Positions 1 to 11,005 of a stretch of DNA of 64,000 bases are shown piece by piece; positions within the stretch are counted from its first letter, which is position 1; the number at the start of each line of letters is the position of its first letter. Origin of the DNA: a virus (taxonomy: Duplodnaviria; Heunggongvirae; Uroviricota; Caudoviricetes); IMG/VR virus record IMGVR_UViG_637000265_000001; one strand, written 5' to 3'. A program made the position numbers and the translations under genes. The notes beneath the pieces are model-generated. The model saw nothing but the letters and a program-made list of their open reading frames with translations, made no database searches and was not told the origin of the DNA.

Positions 1-129
1 TCGCTCGCCACGGGAATATCTGCGGCAGCGGGCTTGTAATGGGTTAAGTGATAACAGATGTCTGGAAATATAGGGGCAAATCCAGTATAAGCCATTATCA
101 AACCCACCCGTAGATAGGCTTTGTAATGG

Positions 130-417
130 CTACTTCTTCAGAAATGATTCGATGAATTCACGTCGAGGATGACGATAGTTCAGAATATCTTCTGGCATCC
201 TCATAAAGCGGTTGTTGCCGTCTTTGGCAGTAACAAAACAGCTGTGAACTCCGCAGACATCCGTTTTGATCGTGTCGCTATACTCAAAAAGCAACTGAGC
301 CATCTTCTCTTGCCATTCTGGAGGCATAGCCTCCATGAATACTCGCGGCATCACGCAGAACGACGCATGCGTAAGACCAAACCACAGTTGCAGGTCTTTA
401 CGATATTCTTCATCCAT
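130..417 (-). CDS. hypothetical phage protein downstream of the spanin genes (95 aa from MDEEYRKDL)
   Basis: Frame of tracked ORF 130..648. Internal ATG at 417 preferred because the longer form overlaps Rz. No domain recognised. Confidence 0.4.
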   Translation of the reverse strand: MDEEYRKDLQLWFGLTHASFCVMPRVFMEAMPPEWQEKMAQLLFEYSDTIKTDVCGVHSCFVTAKDGNNRFMRMPEDILNYRHPRREFIESFLKK

Positions 418-635
418 CGTCTTTACCTTTGTTGCAATAAAAAGCCCCGCGAATGCGAGGCTAAATCCTGGTGTTTGTGATGACTGGCTCTTATCTAAAC
501 GCAGCCCCTTACCGCGCGCCAAATGCTCAACTTTAAGCATCAGCAATGAGATGTTTAATCTGGATTCACTCCAGAAGTGATCACCACCCTGTCTACAGAG
601 CCAGATGTGAAGGATGATGAGTAAAATTATCTCTA

Positions 636-1103
636 TCATCGAAGGCATTGCGTCCTGATATATTCCTGAAGCGTTCTCAGTGCTGTCTGGTCTCTGATGA
701 TTCCGTCCCGGATACCGAGAACGTTTCGTCCAGCAACTGGAGAGAGTTCGACGGTGGCATCATTGCCCATGCCGGAGGCGCTGGAGGTTTCGGCTGAGGA
801 TGGCACAGGGCATTTTCCTTTGACGAGCACCCGACCACCATTATCAAGCTTGCGCCGAAGAGCATCATTTTCAGCTTTCGCATCAGCTAACTCCTTCGTG
901 TATTTAGCATCGAGTGCATCAGCATCACGCTGGCGCTGCTGCATGTCAGTAATGGTTGCGTTCGCCAGCTTCAGTTCTCCGGCGTTTTTGTCGCGCTGCT
1001 CTTTGTAGGTAATGGCGTTATCACGGTAATGATTAACAGCCCATGACAGGCAGACGATGATGCAGATAACCAGAGCGGAGATAATCGCGGTGACTCTGCT
1101 CAT
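636..1103 (-). CDS. Rz: i-spanin Rz
   Basis: Tracked ORF 636..1118. ATG at 1103 forms an ATGA overlap with the endolysin stop. N-terminal [25 protein letters not shown], coiled coil, and C-terminal EYIRTQC as in lambda Rz. Confidence 0.9.
   Translation of the reverse strand: MSRVTAIISALVICIIVCLSWAVNHYRDNAITYKEQRDKNAGELKLANATITDMQQRQRDADALDAKYTKELADAKAENDALRRKLDNGGRVLVKGKCPVPSSAETSSASGMGNDATVELSPVAGRNVLGIRDGIIRDQTALRTLQEYIRTQCLR
677..883 (-). CDS. Rz1: o-spanin Rz1 lipoprotein embedded out of frame in Rz
   Basis: Tracked ORF inside Rz. AAGGAG 7 nt upstream of ATG 883. Lipobox LIMVVGC followed by proline-rich [11 protein letters not shown], as in lambda Rz1. Confidence 0.8.
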   Translation of the reverse strand: MRKLKMMLFGASLIMVVGCSSKENALCHPQPKPPAPPAWAMMPPSNSLQLLDETFSVSGTESSETRQH

Positions 1104-1633
1104 TGATCTATCTCCCAACAGGCTAATGCGCTTTCCTGGTCACGACGAATAACCTGTCCATAGCAGTTATTTGAACGTATGCGGCAATCGCGCCCAACAT
1201 CTTTTATCCACCAGCGAATCGCCTCGCATGCGCCCTTACGATCACCGGCATTCAGCCGCTTATAAAACGTCGACGGGAAACACTTACCGGGGCCAATGTT
1301 ATAGGGGCAAAATGACGCTATACCCGCTTTCTGGGGTTCGGTCAGAGGTACTTTAATATTGCGCTCCACCCATGCCAGCGCCTTATCACGTTCAATAGCG
1401 TTAACCTGGTCACATTTTTCCTTCGACAGCTTCATTCCCGGTATGACAGGCTTACCATCCACCATTGTGGCACCACGACAGATGGTCCATATGCCAGAAC
1501 CATCACGGTATGCCGTTGTGTGATTACCCTCTTTTTCGTTCAGAAACTGGTCAAGTATCTGGGGAGCAGACGCGCCTGCGGCAATCAGCGCCAGAACAGC
1601 AGCCGACAGGCCGTATTTGATTTTTGCGCTCAT
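1100..1633 (-). CDS. SAR endolysin, T4-lysozyme family (phage 21 R / RrrD type)
   Basis: 177 aa. Weakly hydrophobic N-terminal segment [17 protein letters not shown], then catalytic E-x8-D-x5-T pattern ([16 protein letters not shown]). Sits between pinholin and Rz. Confidence 0.9.
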   Translation of the reverse strand: MSAKIKYGLSAAVLALIAAGASAPQILDQFLNEKEGNHTTAYRDGSGIWTICRGATMVDGKPVIPGMKLSKEKCDQVNAIERDKALAWVERNIKVPLTEPQKAGIASFCPYNIGPGKCFPSTFYKRLNAGDRKGACEAIRWWIKDVGRDCRIRSNNCYGQVIRRDQESALACWEIDQ

Positions 1634-1698
1634 GGATATTTATCAGGATTTATCGGCAACAAATAACGAGCCAACTTATATACGCCTTTTAAGATAAG

Positions 1699-2286
1699 TC
1701 AGCCCCGGCTGGATCCAGTCATCAGGCTCTTTCTTAAAGGGGGAGTATTGAAATCACGAAGAAGAGCCTCCCGCACCGCAGCATCCATGTCTGCACCACT
1801 GGCAAGTGCTTCAATCTCTGCCGCCACCTGCAAATACCCCATGCAACGGCCAATGCGTTTCATAACTCTGGTGTTTTCGTCTTTCAGGCATCTGATAGCG
1901 AGATTAATAATTTTCAGGCAGTGATGATGCGATGCCCGGACAGGTTTTCCGTTCTCATAAACGACGAACTCACCCTCTTCACAGGAAACCCTGAAAGGCC
2001 GATGGGGTTCCTGGTCTTTATCCGGTGCAGACGCAATAAAATCACTTTTATGCTCTTCCTCTCCGGCACTGTTAACCGTAATGACGTACTCAGGCCGCAG
2101 GTAAGCCGCCTCTTTTTCTGACAATGCGGCCGGTAAAAACTTTTCCTGCAAAAACTTCATAAAAGTCTCGTGAGCGACTTTGTGGCAGTAATCGTAAATC
2201 GCCGCATAATGCTCATCGCGGCGTTTGTTTTCATCTTCAGAACTCACCAACGCCGACAAATTTTTTATTAAGCTCAGTGATTTCAT
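1699..2286 (-). CDS. hypothetical protein inserted between pinholin and endolysin (195 aa)
   Basis: Tracked ORF with no recognisable domain. A 30-codon ORF in another frame (2237..2329) precedes and overlaps it. Confidence 0.55.
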   Translation of the reverse strand: MKSLSLIKNLSALVSSEDENKRRDEHYAAIYDYCHKVAHETFMKFLQEKFLPAALSEKEAAYLRPEYVITVNSAGEEEHKSDFIASAPDKDQEPHRPFRVSCEEGEFVVYENGKPVRASHHHCLKIINLAIRCLKDENTRVMKRIGRCMGYLQVAAEIEALASGADMDAAVREALLRDFNTPPLRKSLMTGSSRG

Positions 2287-2332
2287 TTTCCAGGTGATTG
2301 AATCGCTGATTCATTTCTTCATGCTTCATTAT

Positions 2333-2548
2333 TTACTCTCCCCGTGCAGCCTTACGCTTGTCTTCTCTTATTTTGAAATATAGATTCGTCAGATAAGTCA
2401 GAAGCCCCAGAAGCAGACTTCCCAGCACACCAATCGCAGCCCACTGTGATGGCCTGACCTGATCCAACCACTGCAAAAACCAGTAGCCGGCACTGCCGGC
2501 GGAGGTGCCGTAGGCAATGCCCGTTGAAATTTTGTCCATGGATTTCAT
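2333..2548 (-). CDS. S: class II pinholin, phage 21 S / EssD type
   Basis: 71 aa [31 protein letters not shown]... matches the S21 sequence as I remember it. Two TM segments, MKSM dual-start motif, basic C-terminus, GGAGG RBS. Confidence 0.92.
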   Translation of the reverse strand: MKSMDKISTGIAYGTSAGSAGYWFLQWLDQVRPSQWAAIGVLGSLLLGLLTYLTNLYFKIREDKRKAARGE

Positions 2549-2610
2549 AGCCTCACCTCCGCAAATAACGGATGGCGTAGTTTTACACTGAGAAATGAAA
2601 GGGATTTGAA

Positions 2611-2632
2611 AAGAAAAACCCGCAAAAGCGGG
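2611..2632 (-). terminator. intrinsic terminator 62 nt upstream of the pinholin start (tR'-like position)
   Basis: On the minus strand CCCGC-TTTT-GCGGG is followed by TTTTTCTTTT. Confidence 0.7.
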
Positions 2633-2655
2633 CGAAACGATATATACAGTAAGGA

Positions 2656-2833
2656 AAGCACTCTATCCAACAAACCACCCACAGTTAATCGGAATAAAAG
2701 CAGAGTGCTTATGAATGATCGCCTGCCCGAAGGTTAGTATTTCTGCACAGCAATTTTGCAAAAAAAGCGATCATTCATAACTTAAACGTCTTTCAGTCAC
2801 TCCGGGATTTCCCATCATCGCAGACTGAAAGAC
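2656..2833 (-). other. three consecutive long-stem hairpins; candidate structured leader or ncRNA
   Basis: Perfect inverted repeats of 9 bp (2656-2664/2702-2710), 14 bp (2709-2722/2767-2780) and 11 bp (2788-2798/2823-2833). No credible ORF. Strand inferred from neighbours. Confidence 0.3.
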
Positions 2834-3302
2834 TCTAACTGGAGCGGGCAGCGGGAATCGAGGTATCGAAGATAATCAGCCGCTAACCATTTGCTTCCTA
2901 AAGGATGATGAATCCTTGTGGTTACAGTTATGGTTACACATTAATTTATCTCTGGTCAAGTCCTCTCGTGACTCTGGAACGAGTAACCGAAGTCCTAACT
3001 TTAAGACAGTGGCCCCAATCGTCCAGACTTGAAAGGGGCCAAGGGGGGAGAGGCACCGACCTTTGTCTATTAGATACCTACAGAGATTTTTGTGAGATTT
3101 TTTTAATACAAGGTCATAACCTACCGCCACTAGCCCCCACCGACCGCAAAGTGAAGACCTGTAAGCACCAGAGCAATAGCTATTGCGGGCATACTGCTGA
3201 TTGTTATTATCTATCACTCCCTGTAGAGCATCTGGCAGACCAAGTGGACACAGAGGACGAGCTCAAACAACTCCTGTAAGCTCATGGATGTACTCCTTAT
3301 GT

Positions 3303-4442
3303 TCACTCAGGGTTTATAGTTACTCTGGGGGTAGTAAACCGAATAACATGTATCAACGGGAAAGAGGCGTCTTTCTCAACGTCAAACTCACCTGCTTTCA
3401 CCTTAACGGAACCAGTAGCCAACACATCGACCACACTGATTAACTCAAGGTCATACCCAGCAGTGTTACTATTTCGGGTCACTTTGACATCTACCGTCTT
3501 AGCGTCTTTAGTTGACCTGAAAGAGATAGAAGCGAACCGCTTAGGCAGGAGATAGATACCTGTATCATCGCCCGCATAGCTGCATACAGTGCAGCCCAAT
3601 AGCTCACTAATATCCTCATGACCTGCGCGTTGAGCGGCTCGGTCCAAGATTGCCTCAAGTCTCTCAGGGACCAATACAGCGTAATCGCTCAGTGTATTTC
3701 CCAACTCGACCGGAAGATTCAACGCTAATGTATCCAGAAGATCTTCAGCTTGATCAGACGGTTTACCACTTAGTGGGGCTGCCTCAATGATTTGAAGGTC
3801 TGGCGTATCTTTCAGGACATCGACCACAGCGGCGAACATCTGGCGGCAGTATTGAACCTGCATATCACCTACAGTCTGGATTAATGCCCCCTCGGTCCAA
3901 CCGCCCATCATATCGAAGTCAGATACATGAGTAGTAGCAGAACACAGGATGCCCGTCTTATTGGTCTCAGGGTTCAACACTGGGGTGACAGTTACGCTTG
4001 CCCCTTTGATGGCTGTGGTAGACGGAGCATCCTTAGCTGGATTAAACGCGCCATTATGCTTAAAGCGGACGGTGCGATTCTGGAGAGCCTGACGGCGAAT
4101 AGGCGTAGGGTCAGTGCCGTATGGGCGAAACTCACAAGGGAAGACATTCTCCATTACAGCAGTGCGGAAGTCTCCATCATTGAAGGTCTCATCCAAAGAG
4201 TCCTCCAGCGCCTGAACAAAATCATGTGAATCATTCCCGAAGGCCATCGGACGGCCTGAGCGGTCCGTAAAGCCTACGTTGAGAACTTGGGCGTCTTGAC
4301 CATTGGTCATCTGAACATAGTCAGTGCGTGAGATGTCAGTGCCCCATATAGACCCCTTAATGATTTGACCGTCTTTATCTCGCTGAGGCTGACGCAGAGA
4401 AGCCAGTGAGGATGCTTTGTTAATTTGATTTGTAATAGACAC
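3303..4442 (-). CDS. HK97-fold major-capsid-like protein (380 aa), orphan
   Basis: Tracked ORF 3303..4520. GTG at 4442 with AAGGAG 7 nt upstream is preferred. The C-terminal pattern DYAVLVPERLEAIL...LLGCTVCSYAGDDTGIYLLPKRFASISFRS and the E-loop-like ASVTVTPVLNPETNKTGILCSATTHVSDFDMM resemble capsid proteins. Fold was judged by eye only. Confidence 0.5.
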   Translation of the reverse strand: MSITNQINKASSLASLRQPQRDKDGQIIKGSIWGTDISRTDYVQMTNGQDAQVLNVGFTDRSGRPMAFGNDSHDFVQALEDSLDETFNDGDFRTAVMENVFPCEFRPYGTDPTPIRRQALQNRTVRFKHNGAFNPAKDAPSTTAIKGASVTVTPVLNPETNKTGILCSATTHVSDFDMMGGWTEGALIQTVGDMQVQYCRQMFAAVVDVLKDTPDLQIIEAAPLSGKPSDQAEDLLDTLALNLPVELGNTLSDYAVLVPERLEAILDRAAQRAGHEDISELLGCTVCSYAGDDTGIYLLPKRFASISFRSTKDAKTVDVKVTRNSNTAGYDLELISVVDVLATGSVKVKAGEFDVEKDASFPLIHVIRFTTPRVTINPE

Positions 4443-4543
4443 GATGAATATCTCCTTATGGTATGAATGCACTACGTAAAAAGTAACTGGTGACACCATT
4501 GGTCTTATCTCAGAATCCAAGCAGCGCCACCGAAAGTTATCAG

Positions 4544-4954
4544 TTACAGCCCGAAAGCGGCCCCTTTATTGCCGAAGCGTTTAATCAATGCTTCCTCTCG
4601 GGCTTTACGTTCAGCGACCGCCTTAGCAATCTCTTCTGGTGTAGCATGAATAGCAGCCATACGTTCTTGATGTGCCTTAGCTTCTTTACGTCGGCGTTCA
4701 GCCTCTTGGCGCTCCTGTGCGTTGCTTTGAGCCCACCAGCGGGAATACTTGCCGTAATCACCTGCATCAAGACCAGCGGCGTGAATATCGTTAAGAATAC
4801 GATTTGAGTTCGCCATGTCAGAGCCTGTACTGTTCAGCATGGTTGTAACGACAATTTCGGTGAAATACTTAGTGGATAGCTCCTGACCGAATACCAGTAC
4901 AGTTTCTTTGTCAGCGCTCAGTGCGATATCCAGTTTGCGATAAGAAATAGACAT
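4544..4954 (-). CDS. scaffold-like or decoration-like charged helical protein (136 aa)
   Basis: Frame of tracked ORF 4544..4999. ATG 4954 with AAGGAG RBS. C-terminal half is highly charged (ERQEAERRRKEAKAHQERMAAIHATPEEIAKAVAERKAREEAL). Lies directly upstream of the capsid-like gene. Confidence 0.45.
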   Translation of the reverse strand: MSISYRKLDIALSADKETVLVFGQELSTKYFTEIVVTTMLNSTGSDMANSNRILNDIHAAGLDAGDYGKYSRWWAQSNAQERQEAERRRKEAKAHQERMAAIHATPEEIAKAVAERKAREEALIKRFGNKGAAFGL

Positions 4955-5081
4955 GTTTGTTTCTCCTTTGAAAAGATGTTTTAAAAGGATTAAACTCATC
5001 GGTCTTCCATAGGTATTCCTACGGCGTCTCCCCGTATCTTGGTCAGTTCAAAAGGTGGTGCTAGCTGTGCTAGTGGGTTAA

Positions 5082-5276
5082 TTACATGAAATCTCTTGGG
5101 GTCAGCCCTGCGTCAACCGCCATGAGACAGAGGGCAGCTTTAGAGTAATACGGGCGGTTTTCCTTGGCAGGCAGACCCAGAGTAGCTATCAGTGCCTTGG
5201 TGGGTACCACCATCAGGCGTAACGCCTTACGGCCTTCTGGTGTCCTTGGGTCAATCTTGATTGTGTTATTAGTCAT
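5082..5276 (-). CDS. hypothetical 64-aa protein
   Basis: Tracked ORF. Starts 3 nt after the stop of the upstream truncated ORF. Confidence 0.4.
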   Translation of the reverse strand: MTNNTIKIDPRTPEGRKALRLMVVPTKALIATLGLPAKENRPYYSKAALCLMAVDAGLTPRDFM

Positions 5277-5279
5277 GAA

Positions 5280-5614
5280 TTACCTCCCCTCCAGCTTTGC
5301 TACTGCCTGTATGTGTTGCTGTTTAGCAGCGTCGCTTCCATGAACCGCTATGACCTTTCTGTGCATCTTGAGTACGTTTTCAGGTCGGCTGAAGAACTCC
5401 AGCCCCTTAGCGTTAAACCGAATGTTTATACCGTTTGGGTTGAATCGATGGTCAGTAGGTTTGATAATTCGAAAGTACTCCACATAGTTTGGATTGACTG
5501 ACCACTCGCCACTGAAAGGATGTACTCGGAACAGCTTGCGCTCTTTCTTAAGGATGGTCATCAGTTTCTGAGCGGGTAGACCATTGGCCTTGCAGTAATC
5601 GCCCCAAGTCACGC
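5280..5614 (-). pseudogene. 5'-truncated ORF cut by IS911
   Basis: The tracked ORF 5280..5687 reads out of the IS911 left end. Only residues from ..VTWGDYCKANGLPAQKLM.. onward are non-IS sequence. Confidence 0.5.
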
Positions 5615-5686
5615 TGAAGTGGCACACTGAATTTGGCCACCTGAACAGAGGTGATATGCTCACCTCAGAACAACACAGGTGCTCCA

Positions 5687-6856
<1,170 letters not shown>

Positions 6857-6864
6857 CCACTTCA

Positions 6865-7914
6865 GCCACTTCACCTTTCTTTCCGAACCTTGTTGATCAC
6901 CTTCTGGTTAAGCATCACACGGCTGATGGCGTTGAAGATGGCATTTCAATCTGCTACTTCAAGCCATACTCGCAAGGCCGTGCTCGCTGGCAGGGTGACA
7001 CAATCCACGGCGTGTGGTTTGACGAAGAGCCACCATACAGCATTTATGGCGAAGGTCTTACCCGTACCAACAAATACGGGCAATTCTCAATTCTGACGTT
7101 TACCCCGCTGATGGGGATGTCTGACGTTGTTACCAAGTTCCTGAAGAACCCCAGCAAGTCGCAGAAAGTGGTCAACATGACCATCTATGACGCTGAGCAC
7201 TATACCGACGAGCAGAAAGAGCAAATCATCGCATCATATCCCGAGCATGAGAGAGAGGCGCGTGCTCGCGGTATTCCTACGATGGGTAGTGGTCGAATCT
7301 TCCAGATACCGGAAGAGACGATTAAGTGTCAGCCGTTCGAGTGTCCTGATCACTTCTACGTAATTGGCGGGATGGATTTCGGATGGGATCACCCACAGGC
7401 GCAAGTTCAGCTTTGGTGGGATAAGGAGGCAGACACAATCTACGTTTCACGCGTGTGGAAGGCGAAAGAAAAAACAGCCGTTCAGGCGTGGGGAGCCGTT
7501 AAATCATGGGCGCATAAAGTGCCAACCGCATGGCCTCATGATGGAAACCAGCACGAGAAGGGCGGCGGTGAGCAGCTCAAAGGGCAGTATGCAGACGCTG
7601 GATTTATGATGTTGCAGGAGCATGCGACATGGCCTGATGGCGGTAACGCTGTTGAGCCAGGCATCACTGAATTGCGCGACATGATGCTCGATGGTCGCTT
7701 CAAAGTATTCAATACCTGTGAGCCATTCTTTGAGGAGTTCCGCCTCTATCACCGTGATGAAAACGGGAAAATCGTCAAGCTTAACGACGACGTGCTATCC
7801 GCCGTTCGCTATGCATACATGATGCGCCGCTTCGCAAAAATGATGCGCGACATCAAAAAACCAAAAGAGAAAAAGATACCAGCCCCAATCAGGCCCATCG
7901 CACGGAGAACTTAA
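6865..7914 (+). pseudogene. terminase large subunit, P22 gp2 / Sf6 gp2 type, 5'-truncated by IS911
   Basis: The reading frame continues from the IS911 right end. Only the C-terminal (nuclease) part remains, directly upstream of the P22-type portal. Confidence 0.85.
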
Positions 7915-10080
7915 ATGGCCGACGAAAACAGACTCAATTCCATTCTGTGTAAGTTTGACGCAGACTGGATGGCGAGCGATGAAGCCAGAACCGAGGCGAC
8001 AAATGACCTGTATTTTAGCCGAGTGTCGCAATGGGATGACTGGCTATCAAACTACACTACCCTGCAATATCGCGGACAATTCGATGTTGTTCGCCCGGAG
8101 GTCAGGAAACTGGTCGCAGAGATGCGCCGGAACCCTGTCGACGTTCTCTTCCGACCCAAAGACGGCGCTAATCCTGATGCAGCCGATGTATTGATGGGGA
8201 TGTATCGTACTGATATGCGCCATAACACGGCAAAGATTGCCGTTAACGTTGGCGTTCGTGAGCAGATAGAGTCAGGCGTTGGTGCATGGCGTCTGGTCAC
8301 GCAGTACGAAGACAACGATCCAACAAGCAACAATCAGGTAATCCGACGCCTGCCAATCCATGAAGCCTGCTCACACGTCATATGGGACGCCAACAGCAAG
8401 CAGATGGATAAGAGCGACGCTAAGCACTGCACGGTGATTAACGCCTTGTCGCGCAATGGCTGGAAAGAGTTCGCAGAGGATTACGGTATTGACCCGGATA
8501 CCCTGCCATCTTTCCAGAATCCTAACGATACATGGCTATTCCCGTGGGTGTCGAATGATGTCGTCTACGTCGCTGAGTATTACGAGGTAGAAGAGGAGAA
8601 GGAGAAGGTCTTCATCTACCGCGACCCGCTGACAGGTGAGCCGGTCAGCTATTACCAGCAGGATATCAAAGACGTCATCGACGACCTGGCTAATCGTGGA
8701 TTCATTAAGGTAGCAGAGCGCAAGGTGAAGCGTCGGCGTGTGTATAAGTCGATCATCACCTGTACGCAGATACTGAAAGACCGCGAGAAGATAGCCGGAG
8801 AGCATATTCCAATCGTTCCAGTGTATGGCGAATGGTCATTCGCTGGTGACAAGGAGTGCTACGAGGGTGTGGTAAGGCTGACGAAAGACGGTCAACGCCT
8901 TCGTAACATGATTATGTCGTTCAACGCCGATATTGTTGCTCGGTCACCGAAGAAGAAACCGACCTTCTTCCCTGAGCAAATCGAAGGCTACGAATACATG
9001 TACGGCGGAAATGATGACTATCCGTACTATCTGCAGAACAGGACCGATGAAAACGGTAACGACCTGCCGATTGGTCCAATCTCCTACATGGAAAACCCTG
9101 AAGTGCCGCAAGCCAACGCTTACATGCTTGAGGCTGCCACCAACGCAGTGAAAGAAGTGGCTAGTCTTGGCGTGGATGCGCAGGCGGCAAATGGTCAGGT
9201 CGCTTTTGATACCGTCAATCAACTGAACATGCGGGCAGACCTTGAGACATACGTGTTTCAGGATAACCTGGCTACCGCAATGCGACGTGATGGCGAGATT
9301 TATGCCTCAATGGTCAACGATATTTATGACGTTCCTCGTCATGTAACGCTGACACTTGAAGATGGAAGCGAGAAAGACGTTCAACTCTATGCGCAAGTTG
9401 TCGATTACCAGTCCGGCAATGTGGTCACACTCAACGACATTCGCGGTCGATATGAGTGCTATACAGACGTTGGGCCATCCTTCCAGAGTATGAAGGAACA
9501 GAACCGCGCAGAGATTCAGGAGTTGCTCACCAAGGTTCCGCAAGGTACTCCAGAGTTCCAGATGCTGATGCTGCAATACTTCACGCTGCTTGACGGTAAA
9601 GGCGTCGAGATGATGCGAGAGTACGCGAACAAGCAACTGGTGATGATGGGGCTGAAGAAACCAGAAACACCTGAAGAGATGGAGATGGTGCAGCAGGCAC
9701 AACAACAGCCGCAGCAGCCATCAGCAGAGCAAATTCAGGCGCAGGGTATCCTTCTGCAAGGTCAGGCTGAATTGCTCAAGGCAGAGAACCAACAGGCGCA
9801 GATTCAGGTTGAAGCTGCCAAGGTTGAAGCCCAAAACCAACTCAACGCCGCGAAGATTGCAGAAATATTCAACAATATGGACCTCGACAAGCAGGCAGAA
9901 CTGCGTGAGTACCTCAGGCTCGTAGGTCAATTCCAGCAACAGCGCAGCAAAGATGCTCGTGCTAACGCTGAGCTGCTTCTTAAAGATGCAGACCAGACTC
10001 ATTCACAACGCATGGATTTCGCGAATCTTATGCGTCAAGTTCAAATCCCCTCCGGCGGAGTAGCCGAGACACCTCAATAA
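7915..10080 (+). CDS. portal protein, P22 gp1 type (721 aa)
   Basis: Size, position and Gln-rich C-terminal barrel region. The N-terminus resembles P22 gp1 as remembered. Confidence 0.9.
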   Translation: MADENRLNSILCKFDADWMASDEARTEATNDLYFSRVSQWDDWLSNYTTLQYRGQFDVVRPEVRKLVAEMRRNPVDVLFRPKDGANPDAADVLMGMYRTDMRHNTAKIAVNVGVREQIESGVGAWRLVTQYEDNDPTSNNQVIRRLPIHEACSHVIWDANSKQMDKSDAKHCTVINALSRNGWKEFAEDYGIDPDTLPSFQNPNDTWLFPWVSNDVVYVAEYYEVEEEKEKVFIYRDPLTGEPVSYYQQDIKDVIDDLANRGFIKVAERKVKRRRVYKSIITCTQILKDREKIAGEHIPIVPVYGEWSFAGDKECYEGVVRLTKDGQRLRNMIMSFNADIVARSPKKKPTFFPEQIEGYEYMYGGNDDYPYYLQNRTDENGNDLPIGPISYMENPEVPQANAYMLEAATNAVKEVASLGVDAQAANGQVAFDTVNQLNMRADLETYVFQDNLATAMRRDGEIYASMVNDIYDVPRHVTLTLEDGSEKDVQLYAQVVDYQSGNVVTLNDIRGRYECYTDVGPSFQSMKEQNRAEIQELLTKVPQGTPEFQMLMLQYFTLLDGKGVEMMREYANKQLVMMGLKKPETPEEMEMVQQAQQQPQQPSAEQIQAQGILLQGQAELLKAENQQAQIQVEAAKVEAQNQLNAAKIAEIFNNMDLDKQAELREYLRLVGQFQQQRSKDARANAELLLKDADQTHSQRMDFANLMRQVQIPSGGVAETPQ

Positions 10081-10093
10081 GAGAGAGTTAATC

Positions 10094-11005
10094 ATGGACC
10101 AAACCACCGACATTCAGGCTTCTGAAGAATTAACCCTGCCCGGCAATCATGCAGCGGCATCTGCTGATGGCTTAGTTGTCGATAATGCCAACGACAGCGC
10201 AGGTCAGGAAGAAGGCTTTGAGATTGTCCTGAAAGACGATGAGAAACCAAAACAAGACCCGGCAACTAATGCTGAATTTGCCCGTCGCCGCATCGAACGC
10301 AAACGCCAGCGTGAGCTTGAGCAGCAGATGGAAGCGGTTAAGCGTGGAGAGTTGCCGGAGCACCTGCGGGTGAACCCTGAGTTACCAAAACAACCAGACC
10401 CTAACGATTATCTTTCCGAAGATGCACTGGCTAAGTACGACTATGACCAGAGCCGCGCACTGGCTGCCTTCCAGCAGGCAAACAGTGAATGGCAGATCAA
10501 GGCTATGGACGCACGAAGCCAGGCTGTCGCCGAGCAGGGTCGCAAAACTCAGGAGTTCACCCAGCAATCAGCGCAATACGTCGAGGCGGCCCGTAAGCAC
10601 TACGACGCAGCGGAAAAGCTCAATATCCCTGACTATCAGGAGAAAGAGGATGCATTCATGCAACTGGTGCCGCCAGCAGTCGGTGCCGACATCATGCGCC
10701 TCTTCCCGGAGAAATCCGCCGCTCTCATGTATCACCTTGGTGCTAATCCTGAGAAAACACGCCAGTTGCTGGCGATGGACGGGCAATCCGCGCTGATTGA
10801 ACTCACTCGACTGTCAGAACGTTTAACTCTCAAGCCTCGAGCCAAGCCTGTTTCAGAAGCCCCGTTACCTGATGAACCCATTCAGGGACATGCTGTTGCT
10901 GCAAATATCTCTGCGATTGAAAAGCAGATGGAGGCGGCAGCAAACAAAGGGGATGTAGAGACGTACCGCAAGCTCAAGGCGCAACTGAATAAAGGAATTC
11001 GATAA
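10094..11005 (+). CDS. scaffolding protein, P22 gp8 type (303 aa)
   Basis: ..[44 protein letters not shown].. closely matches the remembered P22 gp8. Same length. Confidence 0.92.
   Translation: MDQTTDIQASEELTLPGNHAAASADGLVVDNANDSAGQEEGFEIVLKDDEKPKQDPATNAEFARRRIERKRQRELEQQMEAVKRGELPEHLRVNPELPKQPDPNDYLSEDALAKYDYDQSRALAAFQQANSEWQIKAMDARSQAVAEQGRKTQEFTQQSAQYVEAARKHYDAAEKLNIPDYQEKEDAFMQLVPPAVGADIMRLFPEKSAALMYHLGANPEKTRQLLAMDGQSALIELTRLSERLTLKPRAKPVSEAPLPDEPIQGHAVAANISAIEKQMEAAANKGDVETYRKLKAQLNKGIR

Noticed and set aside
1-129. The sequence gataacagatgtctggaaatataggggcaaatcca at the window start felt familiar as a possible att or cos-proximal element
   Set aside because: I cannot place it reliably from memory and no structure (repeat, hairpin, ORF) supports a call.
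169-580. Plus-strand ORFs 169..480 and 335..580
   Set aside because: They are antisense to the better-supported minus-strand gene, have no RBS and have odd composition.
2876-3279. Tracked ORFs 2876..3217 (minus, 113 aa) and 2905..3279 (plus, 124 aa) in the leader upstream of the pinholin
   Set aside because: They overlap each other on opposite strands, lack RBS-like sequences and have Cys/Arg/Leu-rich low-information composition. I treat the region as non-coding.
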